DNA of 64,000 bases from Octopus sinensis (taxonomy: Eukaryota). Numbering within the stretch: position 1 is the stretch's first letter; every line of letters begins with the position of its first letter. The stretch is from NCBI RefSeq assembly GCF_006345805.1, contig NC_043006.1:82956001-83020000 (forward strand), written 5' to 3'. The notes under the pieces were generated by a model. The model was not told where the DNA came from, made no database searches, and was given only the letters and a program-made list of their open reading frames with translations. This document shows positions 1 to 13,619 of this stretch, in pieces. A program made the translations under genes and the position numbers.

Positions 1-832
1 CGATATCAACAAAACGTGTGATGAGGTAATGACCGGTGAATGGTCAGCTCGAAAATGGTTTAAACGATTTTACAATGGAGACCTGAACCTTGAAGATCGT
101 GAGCGTAGTGGACGCCCATCTGTCATCAATGACGGTCAATTAAAGACCGTCATTGAAAACAGTCCATGTAAAACCGCTCGAGAACTGGCAAAAGAACTTC
201 AAGTTAGCCAGAAAGCTGCCTGGAACCATTTGCATGCGATCACAAAATCAAAAAGGCTTGGCAAACCAGACGATTTGAATGAAAATCAGAAATGTGCAGA
301 TTTGAAATTTGCTCGTCGCTTTTTCTCTACAAAAAAAAAAGTCCTTCGCAGTGGTTGCACCAAAATGAAGCACCAAAAACATTCCCTAAACCGAGCTCTT
401 TAAAAAGAAGGTTATGGTGACTGTTTGGTGGTGTACTGCTGGACTCACCCAATATAACTCCTTAAAACCCGGGTAAACCATTACTGCAGAAACATATTGC
501 CATGAAAGTGCCAAAATGAACGAAAACTGTTACTCCTCCAGCTTATTCCCCAGACATTTCTCCTACCGACTATCACTTTTTCAAACGCCTTGATGGCTTT
601 CTGCGAGAGAATTTCAAAAATTAAACCGATGTTGAAAGTGCGTTCCAAGAGTTCATCAGTTCCAGAACTCCAGATTTTTATGTTACTGGAATAAACAAAC
701 TTGTTATAACTAGTTGGCAAAAATGTGTTGATTGTAATAGTACTTGCTTTGATGTAAAAAAATTTCTGCATTGTTGAAATATATTGTAATGAATTTCCTG
801 TTTCAAAACTTTGTTTACTTTTTACTCAGCCA
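1..832 (+). mobile_element. Decayed mariner (Tc1/mariner) transposon, 5' end outside window, internal deletions and frameshifts
   Basis: ORF 29-403 reads RKWFKRFYNGDLNLEDRERSGRP...TARELAKELQVS...NHLHAI (mariner HTH/linker). Downstream frames give VMVTVWW and YSPDISPTDYHF, a variant of the YSPDLAPxD motif. Confidence 0.85.
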
Positions 833-859
833 CGAGTAACATCGTTTTCTTCGTCTGCC

Positions 860-1195
860 GAAAAAGGCATTTTTTTCCAAATACGCCAGCTAAGCTAAGT
901 TGTACTGTCTATAGTCGTAAGACACCCGCTGTTTTTGTCCTGTTATTACAATTATTGTTTTTTGTATTGATATTCGTGTGGCATCGTCCGTTTTTCTGTC
1001 CTTGTTTCGTATACATTCGATCCTTTTTCCAAGAAATCTAATGCTCGTAACTTAGTTTTTCCTTGGGGCTGGCCGGATCGGAGCGATCTCAAGATTAATC
1101 AGCCGAAATTGCGAGGATGATCCGGTTCTTGACTGAAGATTGCTTTTTGTATCGTCTTCTAAATGTTTTACGTTCTTGTCCCAGTTTGTATTTTT
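860..1195 (+). repeat. Short interspersed non-coding repeat family 'P2', copy 1
   Basis: Similar sequence (gatcctttttccaagaaatctaatgctcgt...ggctggccggatcggagcgatctcaagattaa...) recurs at ~14617-14755, ~50000-50240 and inverted at ~53118-53525. Copies abut TA/CA microsatellites. Confidence 0.85.
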
Positions 1196-1208
1196 TTTAC
1201 ATATACAT

Positions 1209-1266
<58 letters not shown>

Positions 1267-1345
1267 CATACATGCATACATACACACACAAATATACACA
1301 CATACACGCACATGCACATATATATATACATATATATATATGTTT

Positions 1346-1426
<81 letters not shown>

Positions 1427-1454
1427 CATATACATACAAACATGTATACTAGTT

Positions 1455-1665
1455 TCAAATTTTGGCGCAAGACAAGCAGTTTTAGTAGAGGGAGAAAGCT
1501 GATTGCATCGATCCATTACTCAACTGGTACTTATTTTATCGCCCCCAAAATAATGCAAAGCAATGTCGACCTCGGCGGAATTTGAGCTCAGAATCTGAGG
1601 ACGGACGAAATGCCTCTGAGCATTTTGCCCGGCGCGCTAACGATTCTGCCAGTTCGCCACCTCAA
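1455..1665 (-). mobile_element. tRNA-derived SINE family B (MetaSINE-like central domain)
   Basis: Family consensus on the element strand reads ggcgagctggcagaa...gagttcaaattccgccgaggtcgactttgcctttcatcctttcggggtcgataaaataagtaccag. This has A/B-box-like motifs plus a Meta-domain-like core. Many copies occur in the window. Confidence 0.75.
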
Positions 1666-1781
1666 GACACATCCACCCGACACATACGCGCGCGCGTTCA
1701 ATTTACGGGCAGTATTTTATCAACTTCGGTTTGATTGTGTATGCGTGTGTGTATGTCTATATGTGTGTATGTATGTGTGTG

Positions 1782-1824
<43 letters not shown>

Positions 1825-2463
1825 ATGAGTGTTTGTATATATTTTTTGAGTATGTGTGCGTGTTGCATGTATGTATGTATATATGTATGTATGTGTATGT
1901 ACATATGCTATGCTCAATAAAATTAAGTTGTACATGTTTACATATGTGTACATGTGCACGAATATATTTCACTGTAGGTGCACGTGTGCGTTTGCGTATG
2001 TGATTGTGTGTTTGTGTGTGTAATGCGTGCGTGTTTTCGATGTGTACTCTGTGTTACCTGCCACAGGGATTTGCCACAGAATGGTACCGACAGACTTAAA
2101 GGCAGCAACTAGAAATTTACCTTTGGGGTGAGGTGAGATGGGCTAGAAAGTTTATTTATGCTTCTCAACAACGCTGCTACCCACCCACTCTCCCACCCAC
2201 AAACACCATCCCCGATCACCTTCTACTATCAAACCTCCATTTCCCAACTCCTAACCCTAACTCCTAACACGACTAGCCGTTTGACCGCCACCCACCTCCT
2301 CAATTATCCAGCCGTCACAGCAACTTCAATAGCCAAACACATCACTGCCACAACCAAGCACTACAAAAGTAATCAACGCAACTAGAGTTACATGCCCCTT
2401 CCCTTTCTGACTGCCTCTCTCTCTCTCTTCCTTTCTATCTCTCTTTATCTCTTCTTGTTTCTC

Positions 2464-2495
<32 letters not shown>

Positions 2496-2501
2496 ACTCA
2501 C

Positions 2502-2663
2502 ACACAATTTTCTGGGGAGGGTCTGATGTTTGTTTTGTGGCATCATGTGTCAAGCTCATTGTTCTCACTTTCATGCAAATAGTAGATAAAATTCTTGTAA
2601 ATATGGTGTGAAGAAGGCGAAGTGCTTGTTGTTTGGAATTCACAAAGGTGGCAAAGCAAAGAC
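2502..2663 (-). other. Possible isolated exon (162 nt, phase 1-1) of an unidentified gene
   Basis: Unique sequence between microsatellites with acceptor ...ctctgtctcggtccAG and donor GTGAGT. Length is divisible by 3 and the frame is open (GLCFATFVNSKQQALRLLHTIFTRILSTICMKVRTMSLTHDATKQTSDPPQKIV). No recognised homology. Confidence 0.3.
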
Positions 2664-2879
2664 CTGGACCGAGACAGAGACACACACATGCACAGACACA
2701 CAGACACACAGACACACACACACACACATTTTTTTTTTAAATTAGAGAAGAAAAAAATTAATAAATAAATCAATAAATAGTGTTGAAAGAAGGGGTCGAG
2801 GTGGAGGTTGCATTTGAAAGATTTTAAAGTAGGGAGTTGAAGAGGTTGATGATAGCGAGGGGGAGAGAAAGAGAGAGAC

Positions 2880-2910
<31 letters not shown>

Positions 2911-3664
2911 CAGATAGAATACAGACAAAGCGAGAGGTAAGGAGAGGGGGGAGGGAAGAAGACACTGGGACAAAGGAGAGAGGAGTCATGCGGTTATTAA
3001 ATGATGAGGTGATGGTGGTGATGGTGGTAATGGTCGTCGTGATTATTGTGAAGGTGGTAGTCGTGTCCATAGTCGTTGTCGTTGTGTTAATGATGACGTA
3101 TTTGTGTGTGTGTGTGTGTGTGTTTGTGAGGTGGATGATGTAAAGACAAAGACTAAGGAAGAGGTGGTGGGGGGGGGGGTAGAAAGCCTGTGTTAGTTTA
3201 ATGGTTTAGAGGAATGAATCTGGTGTAAAGAGAATGAAACGACTCGGGATCAAGAAAGAAAAATGTTAGAATAGTGAAAGTAGAGGGTGCAGTTCAAGAA
3301 AGAGAGGAGAGAGGAGAGAGAGAGAGGGGTGGAGTCAGAGAAGGAAGATGAAAAAGGGAGTTACAGGGCAATACAAAGAGGCATATGGAGAGAAAGAAAG
3401 GAGAGCAAAGGACGAAGTGAAAGAAAGGGGTATGCAGAAAGACAGAAAAGGGCAAGAGGGAGAGGGAGAAAGAGACAGAGTAGAAAAGGTAAATAAAGGT
3501 AAATTTGTATCACAGAGATCAAGGTGAGAGCATAAAATAGGTGAAAGCAGGCTAGGATCCTTGGCTTTCGAAATATAAAGAACAATGATAACAAAGTCTA
3601 GAGGGAACGTAAAACATATTTGGGGAAAATGTCACTCAGCGAAAATATGCAACTACTAAAGATA

Positions 3665-3919
3665 TACTCTTTTATTCTTTTATTTGTTTCAGTCATTTGA
3701 CTGCGGCCATGCTGGAGCACCGCCTTTAGTCGACCCCAGGACTTATTCTTTGGAAGCCTAGTACTTATGCTATCGGTCCCTTTTGCCGAACTGCTAGGTT
3801 ACGGGGACGTAAACACACCAGCATCGATTGTCAAGCGATGCTGGGGGGATAAACAGACACACAAACATATACACACACATATACATACACACACACGCAC
3901 ACCACACACACCATACATA

Positions 3920-3983
<64 letters not shown>

Positions 3984-4143
3984 TACGACGGGTTTCTTCC
4001 AGTTTCCGTCTACCAAATCCACTCATAAGGTTTTGGTTGGCCCGAGGCTATAGTTGAAGATATTTGCCCAAGGTGCCACGCAGTGGGACTGAACCCGGGA
4101 CCATGTGGTTGATACGCAAGCTACTTACCACACAGCTACTCCT
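3665..4143 (-). mobile_element. tRNA-derived SINE family A, near full length, with internal TA/CA microsatellite
   Basis: Head tgtggtaagtagcttgc...ggttcagtcccactgcgtggcaccttgggcaa (B-box-like) and tail ccagcatggccgcagtcaaatgactgaaacaa. More than 10 copies or fragments in the window. Confidence 0.85.
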
Positions 4144-6144
4144 ATATTTATATAAAGTATAGACATATATATGTCCGTACATACATCATCACATGAATAA
4201 AATGATCATAGTACTGTCTCGTGCGCTTTGCATTAGGTCACAAAGCATTCTTGGAAGAATGTTATAATTAATAAAATTGTCAACGCCGGATTGTTACCTC
4301 CTTTAAAATTACATAATTTGTTTTGTTTGTATTTTGCTATCATCGTGAGCCCTAGATCCTAGCCACTAGGCACGTGAATTAGTGGCTGAGATATTGGGTT
4401 TACGGTCACCGGGCGGTGCATTATATCATTAAGTAAGGTTCTTCATGTCATGTACCAAGTCATGGTCGACTAACGGCTATGGGCTTGTTTGGTTATCTCA
4501 TTTTTTAACAGAGATTTTACAATTAATCTCTATCTTAGAATTCAATGAAATGAAATAAATGAATTCAATGGAATATAGAATTCTTTAGCAGATGATAGAG
4601 CAATGAGCTAATGTTCCTTTTTTTCATCTAGTTATATTTCGTGTACTGTATTATAATGTGTTGTACTGGATTCTTGTTCTAAATGCATAGTCGAGCAACG
4701 AAACAGTGCCGTATTTGTATGTCTGCTGTAACAGCTTTTTAAATCATGAAGTTCAGAATTTCTATATTTACATTAAACTAAACATAGTTATTATACATAG
4801 TTACATTTGTTGTCTGGGCTACGTTTTGTAGTTCACAAGTTCGAAGTTTTCATGTTAACGAAAAGTATTTTAATTCTTATGATTATATTGTTATGATAAG
4901 GTTACGTGTAATGTATACGTTTTGCTTATTTGCATTCTTAATTTTGTAAACAAGTGTTCATCATCCATTCTTAGGTAGTGTGCATGAGATTCATGTAGTG
5001 TTATAGACGTATGGTTTGTGTATTTACTGCGGGTTTCACCTTTGCGTGTTCCTAACCACACAGTTATGTGACAGCCTTGTTTATATGTTCTTTTTACGTA
5101 GGTTCAGTTATTCAGATGTATAAACCCAATCGTAATGGTTGTTATTTATTGTTGTTGTTATCGCTGTTGTCGTGTTTGTCGTTATGCTGCTGTTGTTGTT
5201 TTTGTTTCGCCCAAATCAAACCTGAATTGAGGAGATCCATGATTGAAAGTATTCCCGCTGTGGCCATCACAACTTTCCTCTATGTACAGGGAACTTAGCA
5301 CCACGTTATCTAACACGCCTGTTTCAATTAAGACAATAGAGTGTGATACGAGGGACAGCTGGCAGCCATTTCTAACCGGTAGAGGGACCACGTGGAAGCC
5401 TGACAATAGTGTAGTATGTGTAAGGATCGAAAGATGATTAATTGACTGTTATTTGTTGCAAGTCGAGTAAATACATGAAGGTTCAAAATAGTCTGGTCGG
5501 TTGGCTCTTTACTGGTAATAACGATAGTATTGATGATGACGATAGTGATGACAATATTACTGGTTAATACCATAATACTGGTGAAGGTGGTGATGATGGC
5601 GACGGTCATAATGTTGGTGGTCGTGATAGTGCTGCTGATGGTGACAGTGATCATGATATTGATATCGGTGGTGGTGGTGATGGTGGGAGGGGGGGTAGCG
5701 TTGCTGCGTGTCGTGTTGGAGTGATTGAAAATTAAAAGACGAAAACGAAAAAAGGAAGTAAAAAAAAAATAGTGTCAAGAAATATTCAGAATACAGTCCC
5801 GTTACTAAATCAATAAACTCGTATTTTATTTTATCTTATTTTATTTTATTTTATTTTATTTTATTTCTATGGCAAAAAGAAAATGTAAATAGATATATGC
5901 AAAGGTTAGATAGACAAATAGATGGTTATTTGTCCGACATGTTTTTATTTTCTTTATCCTCTTTCTTTATTTTATTTCACTTTTAAACGTCGAGAAAACA
6001 CACATACAGACGACACCTGGATCAGAACAGTCGCTAATTTTTACCATTGGAATTAAGTGGCTTGGGAAAATAAGTCCAATACAAGCTAATGTATCTACTA
6101 AATTCTCTACAGTTCATCCAAATAAAAGATTTAGTGGAAAACAA

Positions 6145-6188
<44 letters not shown>

Positions 6189-6524
6189 TAACAACAACAA
6201 CAGTTACAACATATAAAAAAATACACGAATGAAGTGAATATTTTTCCCACCGAGTAAATGACCACCATTTTCATTGCTAATAGTTGAGTTTATTTTATAT
6301 TTGTTTTTAATCTTCTATTTGATTATTATTTGTTTCTTTATACACTCAGAAAGCTTTCTTGTTTTGGTTTGTTTTGTTTTAATTTTTCTCTGCCTTTTTA
6401 ATCCCAAGTTAATTTCTTTAATTAACTACTAACCAAATTTGGTCAATGTTTCCGAGGTTAGATAGTATTGAAAAGTAATGAAATCTGCTAATTTTTAATC
6501 CATAAAATCAGCAGAAGTTCGCCA

Positions 6525-6660
6525 TTACCTTCTGCCGGAGCTGCGTGGAGCTTAGGTGTTTCGCTCATAAACATACACACCGCCTGGTCTGAAATTCGAA
6601 CCCGCGATCCCTTGACCGCCTGTCTGCTGCTGTAACCACTAGGCCATGTGCCTCCACATC
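6525..6660 (-). mobile_element. SINE family C, 5' fragment
   Basis: Matches the tRNA-like head of the complete copy at 63581-63966. Confidence 0.7.
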
Positions 6661-6689
6661 TGCATAACTAGTATTATTATAATTCAAAT

Positions 6690-7465
6690 TTTCCTTTTCT
6701 CCTTTGGAAGTCGATAAAATAAGTACCAGATGAGCATTGGGGGTTGACCAGCTCCTCCTCACAATATTTTAGGCCTTATGTCAATAGCAGAAAGAAAAAC
6801 AATTGACTGATCTATTAATTCCCCCTTCCTTATATTTCGCAGCAAACTCTCTTTCTCTCCGTCTCTGACTCCGAAAGCAACTGTAGGTGGCAGCACCAGC
6901 AACCGCCAGTCAAAATTCCCACGTGTGTTATTAATTATGATTATTAAAGCTGCAAGCTGGCAGAATTGTTACCGCATCGGTCAAGATGCTTTCATCATTT
7001 CTTCCGACTCTTTACGTCTTGAGTTCAAATCCCGCCGAGGTTGACTTTGTCTTTAATCCTTTCGAAGTCGATAAAATAAATTACTAGTCAAGTACTGGGA
7101 TCGATGTAATCAACAATCCCTTTCTCTCAAAATGTCAGGCCTTGTCCCGATTATGGAAAAGAGTATGTATATATTCGTCCACTGAAATTGCTGGCCTTGT
7201 GCAAACATTGACAAGAATTATTAGAAAAGACAGCAAGCTGGCAAAACCATTAAAGCGTCGAACAAAATGCTTAGCAGCATTTCTTCCGGTTCATTCAGTT
7301 CAGATTTCAAATTCCAGTACGTAACTGGTACTTAATTTATCGACTCCGAAAGGATGAAAAGCAAAGTCGACCTCGGCAGAATTTGAACTCACAACGTAAC
7401 GGCAGACGAAATACCGCTAGGCATTTCGCCCGGCGTGCTAACGATTCTGCGAGCTCGCCGCCTTA
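6690..7465. mobile_element. Cluster of SINE family B copies (+ at ~6690-6800, ~6945-7165, ~7228-7315; - at ~7316-7465)
   Basis: Repeated gtcgataaaataagtaccag and gagttcaaatcccgccgagg motifs in both orientations. Confidence 0.75.
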
Positions 7466-9477
7466 ATCATATGGATACTAACCATCAACAAGAAACACAA
7501 CACCAAAACGTGCCATCAACCAAGAAATACCATTAATATCCTTACCATTCACATCTACTGAGAGGTGAAGTTCAGCTGAACTGATTAATGGAGTTATCAA
7601 TGTGACAAGTTTTAGATTCGTTAGCACTTCGGGCAAAATGCCTTGTAATATTTCTCTCTAACTTTTGAGTTCAAATTATGCCAAAATTAAATTTTTCTCA
7701 TTCTTCATTCTTTCAGTTCAAATACTATACGAGGAGCAATTTTATCTATCCCATTTCCTTCATTGGAATTGGTTAGGTGAAGGAAGGAGACAATAAAGGA
7801 ATATCACGGACCCAGCAATTTGTTGTCCACTACTTTGCAGATGCAACAAGAAAGAAGATCCCCCACACAAGCTCATACAAAACTAACGGTGATTCTTCAA
7901 CGTAGGTATTTTCCTTTCGCAACAAAAAGAAAGACTTTGAAGTCTGCCTTATCATCGCCTGTATGTTCCATAAGAAATATAGAAATGGATTTTGTCTTTA
8001 ATCTCAAACACATCCTATTTCATCAATCCCAGATACGTAAATTTAATTTACGACCAGGCTTGGTGGTGGGGGGACGTACCGAGAAATAAAACTCAATCGG
8101 TATGGGACAAAATGGAAAAAGTGAACATAAAGGAGAATTGGACAATAGACCCGGGGAGCCGTTCGGAGATGATATGTCTATCCTTTTAGCACTTCACATT
8201 TCTAATGGCATTAGTGAATTCGTCATTCATAAACTCTATATCGGTAAAATGAATATGCAGGAATCAAATCCTTCATTACCACCCTTAAAATGTTTTCTAG
8301 GCCGTTAATCAAAAGAAAGAAACACTTTGTAGCACTTGGCTAAGCTCTTAATCCCAAAGCAACATTGAGAATCTTGGCTAAGATTATTAACATTCAACGA
8401 CGTACTCCAAGTATAAATATATACACACACACACAAACACACACAGTTATTTCACCTTTGAACGCAATGGTGGAGGTGTAATTAACATGTGTTTCCCAGG
8501 GGATTATGAAAATACGGCCATGGGAAAACCATTTCGTGTTCTGTCCTCCTTATAATCTCTAAATGGAATCAGAGTCTTCATTGATGTCACAAAAACGGAA
8601 TGAGTTACGAAATGTTTCTTATTAGTTAAAAAGAAGACAAGAGAAACCAGTTCAAAATCTGTAAAAGCAAATACATGGACAAAGAAGAGAAGTAAACAAA
8701 CAAGAAAGAAGAGCGTAAAAGAATGAAAGAAAGGCGGGGAGCTATTGAGAAAGAAGAAAGAAAGAAAGAAAGAAAACGAAGTAAACAGTCAAAAAAATAA
8801 TATGATAAAGTAAACTCCAAACAGTGACCTTAAGATGTTTGTTAACCATAGTTACAGGATTAATGCAAAGTACTTGTTTACCTTAACACAGGCCATAAAG
8901 CATAAACCCATTAGCTGGTCAAAAAAATACCTTTCAGAAACCAAACACATACACACATACACACTTGTGTAACAAAAACAACAACAGTAACGAAAAAAAC
9001 CCAGAAAACAGAGAGGAAATATTACAGAGTATTGACACGTTTACCTTACATATTTTTATCTTGTTTATCACGTTTCAAACGAAGATGAACTGACTGCGTG
9101 CAGTATTATTACGACTAAAGCACCTGTGATTCACTAAGTTCAAGTTACCTGGAATGAAATGATATCACTATTGTGTCGGGTTTTTTTGTGTGTCTTTTGG
9201 TAGATTTTTAAGAAATTATACAATAAAAAAAGAAGTGTAACACTGATTGTTCATATAAGGTTGTTTTTTTATTTTTTTCATGTCCATATATGGTAGATAT
9301 AATTCTGCATCGAATTTAGGATTTTGATGTCTATAGTTTGATTAGAATGTATCATTGAAACATGGAACAATAATGCTTATAATCATTTATACATACAGTA
9401 TGTATACATATCCATATGCATACGCATACATGCATACATGCATACATACATACATAATACATACATACATACATACA

Positions 9478-9554
<77 letters not shown>

Positions 9555-9754
9555 CAATAAGAAAATGGAGGGATCAATAGGTGGTTCATCAACTTTTAGA
9601 CATTATATTATGTCAACGTATTTATTTATTTACTAAAATGACAATTACAAGAATATACATACATGGATAACATATTATGCTTTACATATAAAATATATAA
9701 AGATACCAGTAATCCTTAAAATATAACATACAAGAATATGAATATATATATATA

Positions 9755-9957
9755 TATTCTTTTAATTTTTATTCACAAATTTGACTGCGGCTATGATGAG
9801 GCGCCATTTTGATGGTTCTAGTCGAACAAATCGACTGCCAGGACTAAATTTTTAAACCTAGTACTTATTCTATCGGTGTCTCTTGCTGAACTGCTAAGTT
9901 ATGCGATATAAATACACCAGACCCGGTTGTCAAGCAGTATTTGGACGACAAATACGA

Positions 9958-9965
<8 letters not shown>
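9755..9965 (-). mobile_element. SINE family A, 3' half
   Basis: ttgactgcggc...cctagtacttattctatcgg...gaactgctaagtta matches the family tail. Confidence 0.7.
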
Positions 9966-9994
<29 letters not shown>

Positions 9995-10025
9995 ACACAC
10001 ACACACATATATATATATATTATAT

Positions 10026-10056
<31 letters not shown>

Positions 10057-10900
10057 CGTGGTTTGGTCAATAAGTAATCAGGCTGTTAATGCCATAATGA
10101 CAAAGCTAAATCATGCAGAGTAAAGTCGATTGGCAGAAATTGACCTTCAACTGTGCTGCTCATGTGCACTAAGTTTTAACGTTCTAGTTCACTTCCGTTG
10201 TTTACAACAGTGCTGGAAGGAAGGTGTGTAGCGTGTGATCGTCGCATAGACCATGACGGAGAAAGTTATCATGGCGATACCCGATCGGAGGCCTACGTAA
10301 TGTTGCAGAAAGTACATGGAGAAGAGTGTATGAAATGCACACAAGTATATGAATGGTTCAGACGTTTCCAAGATAGCCGAAAAAATCTGGATAGTGACGA
10401 ACGTTCTAGGAGACCGCAACCAGGAGAACTGAGAAAAACATCGCAGGTGTGCGTGCTGCTGTGAGGGGAAATTGTCAAATCTCCATCGGTGAGTTATCAA
10501 AGGATGTGCAGTTTAGTTACGGTTCAGTTCAGTCCATTATCACTGAAGATTTGGGTATGAGACGCAGACCAAAAGATCAGTTGCACGAGATTTCCTTAAT
10601 TGTGTCGAGGACGATGACAACTTGTTGTTGAAAACTTTGCGTAGGCTTCAGAACAAGCATCGCCAAGCTTAGGCAAAATCTGATGCAGATTCTCTGCACA
10701 ACTTTTTCTATCATGATCAATGAGACCGTCATTCGCTACACACCTTCTTTCCAAGCACTGCTGTAAGCAGCGAAAGTGAGCTAGAACGTTAAAATTTAGT
10801 GCGCATGCACAACATAGTTCAAGATCAGTCTGTATCGAGCGGCTTTCCTCTGCGTGATTTAGATTCGTTACTATGGCAACAGTCCGGGACTTACTGAACA
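10057..10900. mobile_element. Non-autonomous mariner-type structure made of two inverted 5' ends
   Basis: ~10065-10268 and ~10700-10900 are diverged reverse complements. The + arm encodes AYVMLQKVHGEECMKCTQVYEWFRRFQDSRKNLDSDERSRRP. The - arm encodes KLGDACSEAYAKF. Confidence 0.75.
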
Positions 10901-11150
10901 TTTAGATCATCTGTTGTTAGTTGTTGACGTTGCTTTTGTAATTCTTGTGTTGTTTAGCCCCATTTCAACCCTCATTCTGTGTGTGTGTGTGTGTTTCTGT
11001 ATGCATGTATGTATATATACACATGACTGTGTTAGTTAAAGAAGCTTGCTTGGTTCCAGGTTCAGTCAAAGGTGAAATAACTAAACATAAATATATACGC
11101 TGTTGAATGCTAATAATCTTAGCCAAGATTCACACACACACGCGCGCGCG

Positions 11151-11199
<49 letters not shown>

Positions 11200-11639
11200 A
11201 CGCTTATAAACATACTGACGTATCCTCTAACCATTAATATCCTGTCTCTTCTCCTTCAAGCGGCATTGAAGATAATGATGAATATATCGATGGATATATC
11301 GAAGAGTAGGAGGTGAAAGACCCTCGTTACAGAGTTTGAAACCTCACCTTATTGGACTATTTTGTAGTGGTTTATAACCTCAATTTTGTGTTTCAAGAAA
11401 GAAAAAAGAAAATATGTTAAGTAAGAGGTTTTAGTGCCTCCTCCTTATAAAAGGTTCGAAACCTTATATTGATTTAAAAAAAAAAGAAGAAAATATGTTT
11501 TCGAGAAAAATTCAATCGGCGAGTGTTGGGTTTCGTCTCTCATTTATTCATTATAATTCATTTTCATTCATTAACGTGTTTGTCCAGCCCGCGAAGCTCT
11601 TTGTACTGTCTATATGACAAATTTATGAAATAAAGTTGC

Positions 11640-12018
11640 TCGCTTTACAACCACATGGTTCCGGGTTCATTCCTATTGCGTGGCACATTGGGCAAGTGTC
11701 TTCTACTATAGCTTCGGGCCGACCAAAGCCTTGTGAGTGGATTTGGTAGACGGAAACTGAAAGAAGCCCGTCGTATATATGTATGTATATATGTATGTGT
11801 GTATATGTTTGTGTGTCTGTGTTTGTCCCCCCAACATCGCTTGACAACCAATGGTGGTGTGTTTACGTCCCCGTAACTTAGCGGTTCGGCAAAAAAACCG
11901 ATAGCATAACTACTAGGCTTCCAAAGAATAAGTCCTGGGATCGATTTGCTCGACTAAAGGCGGCGCTCCAGCATGGCCGCAGTCAAATGACTGAAACAAG
12001 TGAAAGACTAAAGAGTAT
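11640..12018 (+). mobile_element. SINE family A, near full length
   Basis: caaccacatggttccgggttc...gggcaagtgtcttctactatagc...ccagcatggccgcagtcaaatgactgaaacaag. Confidence 0.85.
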
Positions 12019-12639
12019 AGATTTAAGGGCCATCTGGTTGCTACTTTTAGCAAGCTAAGAGATCACGTAGACAATCCCTGATTAGAGTAAACCTAGCTAT
12101 AAGTACTAACTGTTGATTGGTACATTTCACCGTAGTGAAGTTGCGGGATAAACTTAAAAACTGTCAAGTTTCATTCATGTATTGTCTACTTCAGCACCTC
12201 CAGCACAAAAAGAATTACTTTTGATAGACCAGTGATCCGCCCAATCATAGATCTAACTCTCACGTTTGTGACAGCGACATCAAAGAAACTAGAGACAAGC
12301 TTCGGCCCTGTGGCACGCAGAGGTCCCTAAGGGATACAAAAGCACGACAAGAGAACTGGGTATCACTTGATCTTTCACATAATTGTTATTTTGTGAATAT
12401 GAGAGGATTAAAATTCTTGGTGACGATAAGAAGGTGGTGATAGGGTTGCTGGAATGATAAGGGTGGCACAGGATGATAGAGAGGTGATGGGATAATGACT
12501 ATTACCGTGTTATTGTACTCTTAAAGACGACGATCGAAATAGATCCAGGTTTGATTGATATTGATATCATGACTGTTGGGGACTTACCTTTTGCTATTGG
12601 AGTGTTGTTACATTATATATCTGGCCGGGATGGTACGCA

Positions 12640-13100
12640 GGTACATGTGTGTGTGTGTGTTTGTGTGTGTATTTGTGTGTGTGTGTGTATCTGTGTATCT
12701 GTGTGTGTTTGTGTTTGTCCCCTTGTTTGCTCGACAACTAATGCTGGTGTGTTTATGTCCTCGTGACGTAACTGTTTGCCAAAAGAGGCCTATATGATAA
12801 GTAATAAGCTTACAAAGAATACCTCCCGGGGTGGATGTCTTCAAATAAAACCCTTTAAGGCAATGCTCCAACATAGCCGCAGTTAAATGTTAAATGACTG
12901 AAATAGTTAAAAGAACAAAACAATAAATATATATATAAGACGGATTTCTTTATTGCTTCCGTCTACCAAATCAAGAGTTTGGCTGGCCCGAGGCTATATT
13001 AGAAGACACTTGGCCAAGGTGTCACGCAGTGGGATTGAACCCGGAACGATGTAGTTGGGAAGCAAGCTTTTACCACATAGCCGCTCCTACGCCTGCCTGT
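12640..13100. mobile_element. Two SINE family A fragments (+ 3' half ~12640-12925; - 5' half ~12935-13100)
   Basis: Diverged matches to the tail and to the head of family A. Confidence 0.65.
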
Positions 13101-13107
13101 ATATGTG

Positions 13108-13460
<353 letters not shown>

Positions 13461-13461
13461 T

Positions 13462-13511
<50 letters not shown>

Positions 13512-13526
13512 ATATATATATACTAC

Positions 13527-13578
<52 letters not shown>

Positions 13579-13579
13579 G

Positions 13580-13619
<40 letters not shown>

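Noticed and set aside
1052-2003. Numerous overlapping YI/HT/CV/MYVC-rich ORFs here and throughout the window
   Set aside because: They are translations of dinucleotide and tetranucleotide microsatellites, which lack stop codons by composition.
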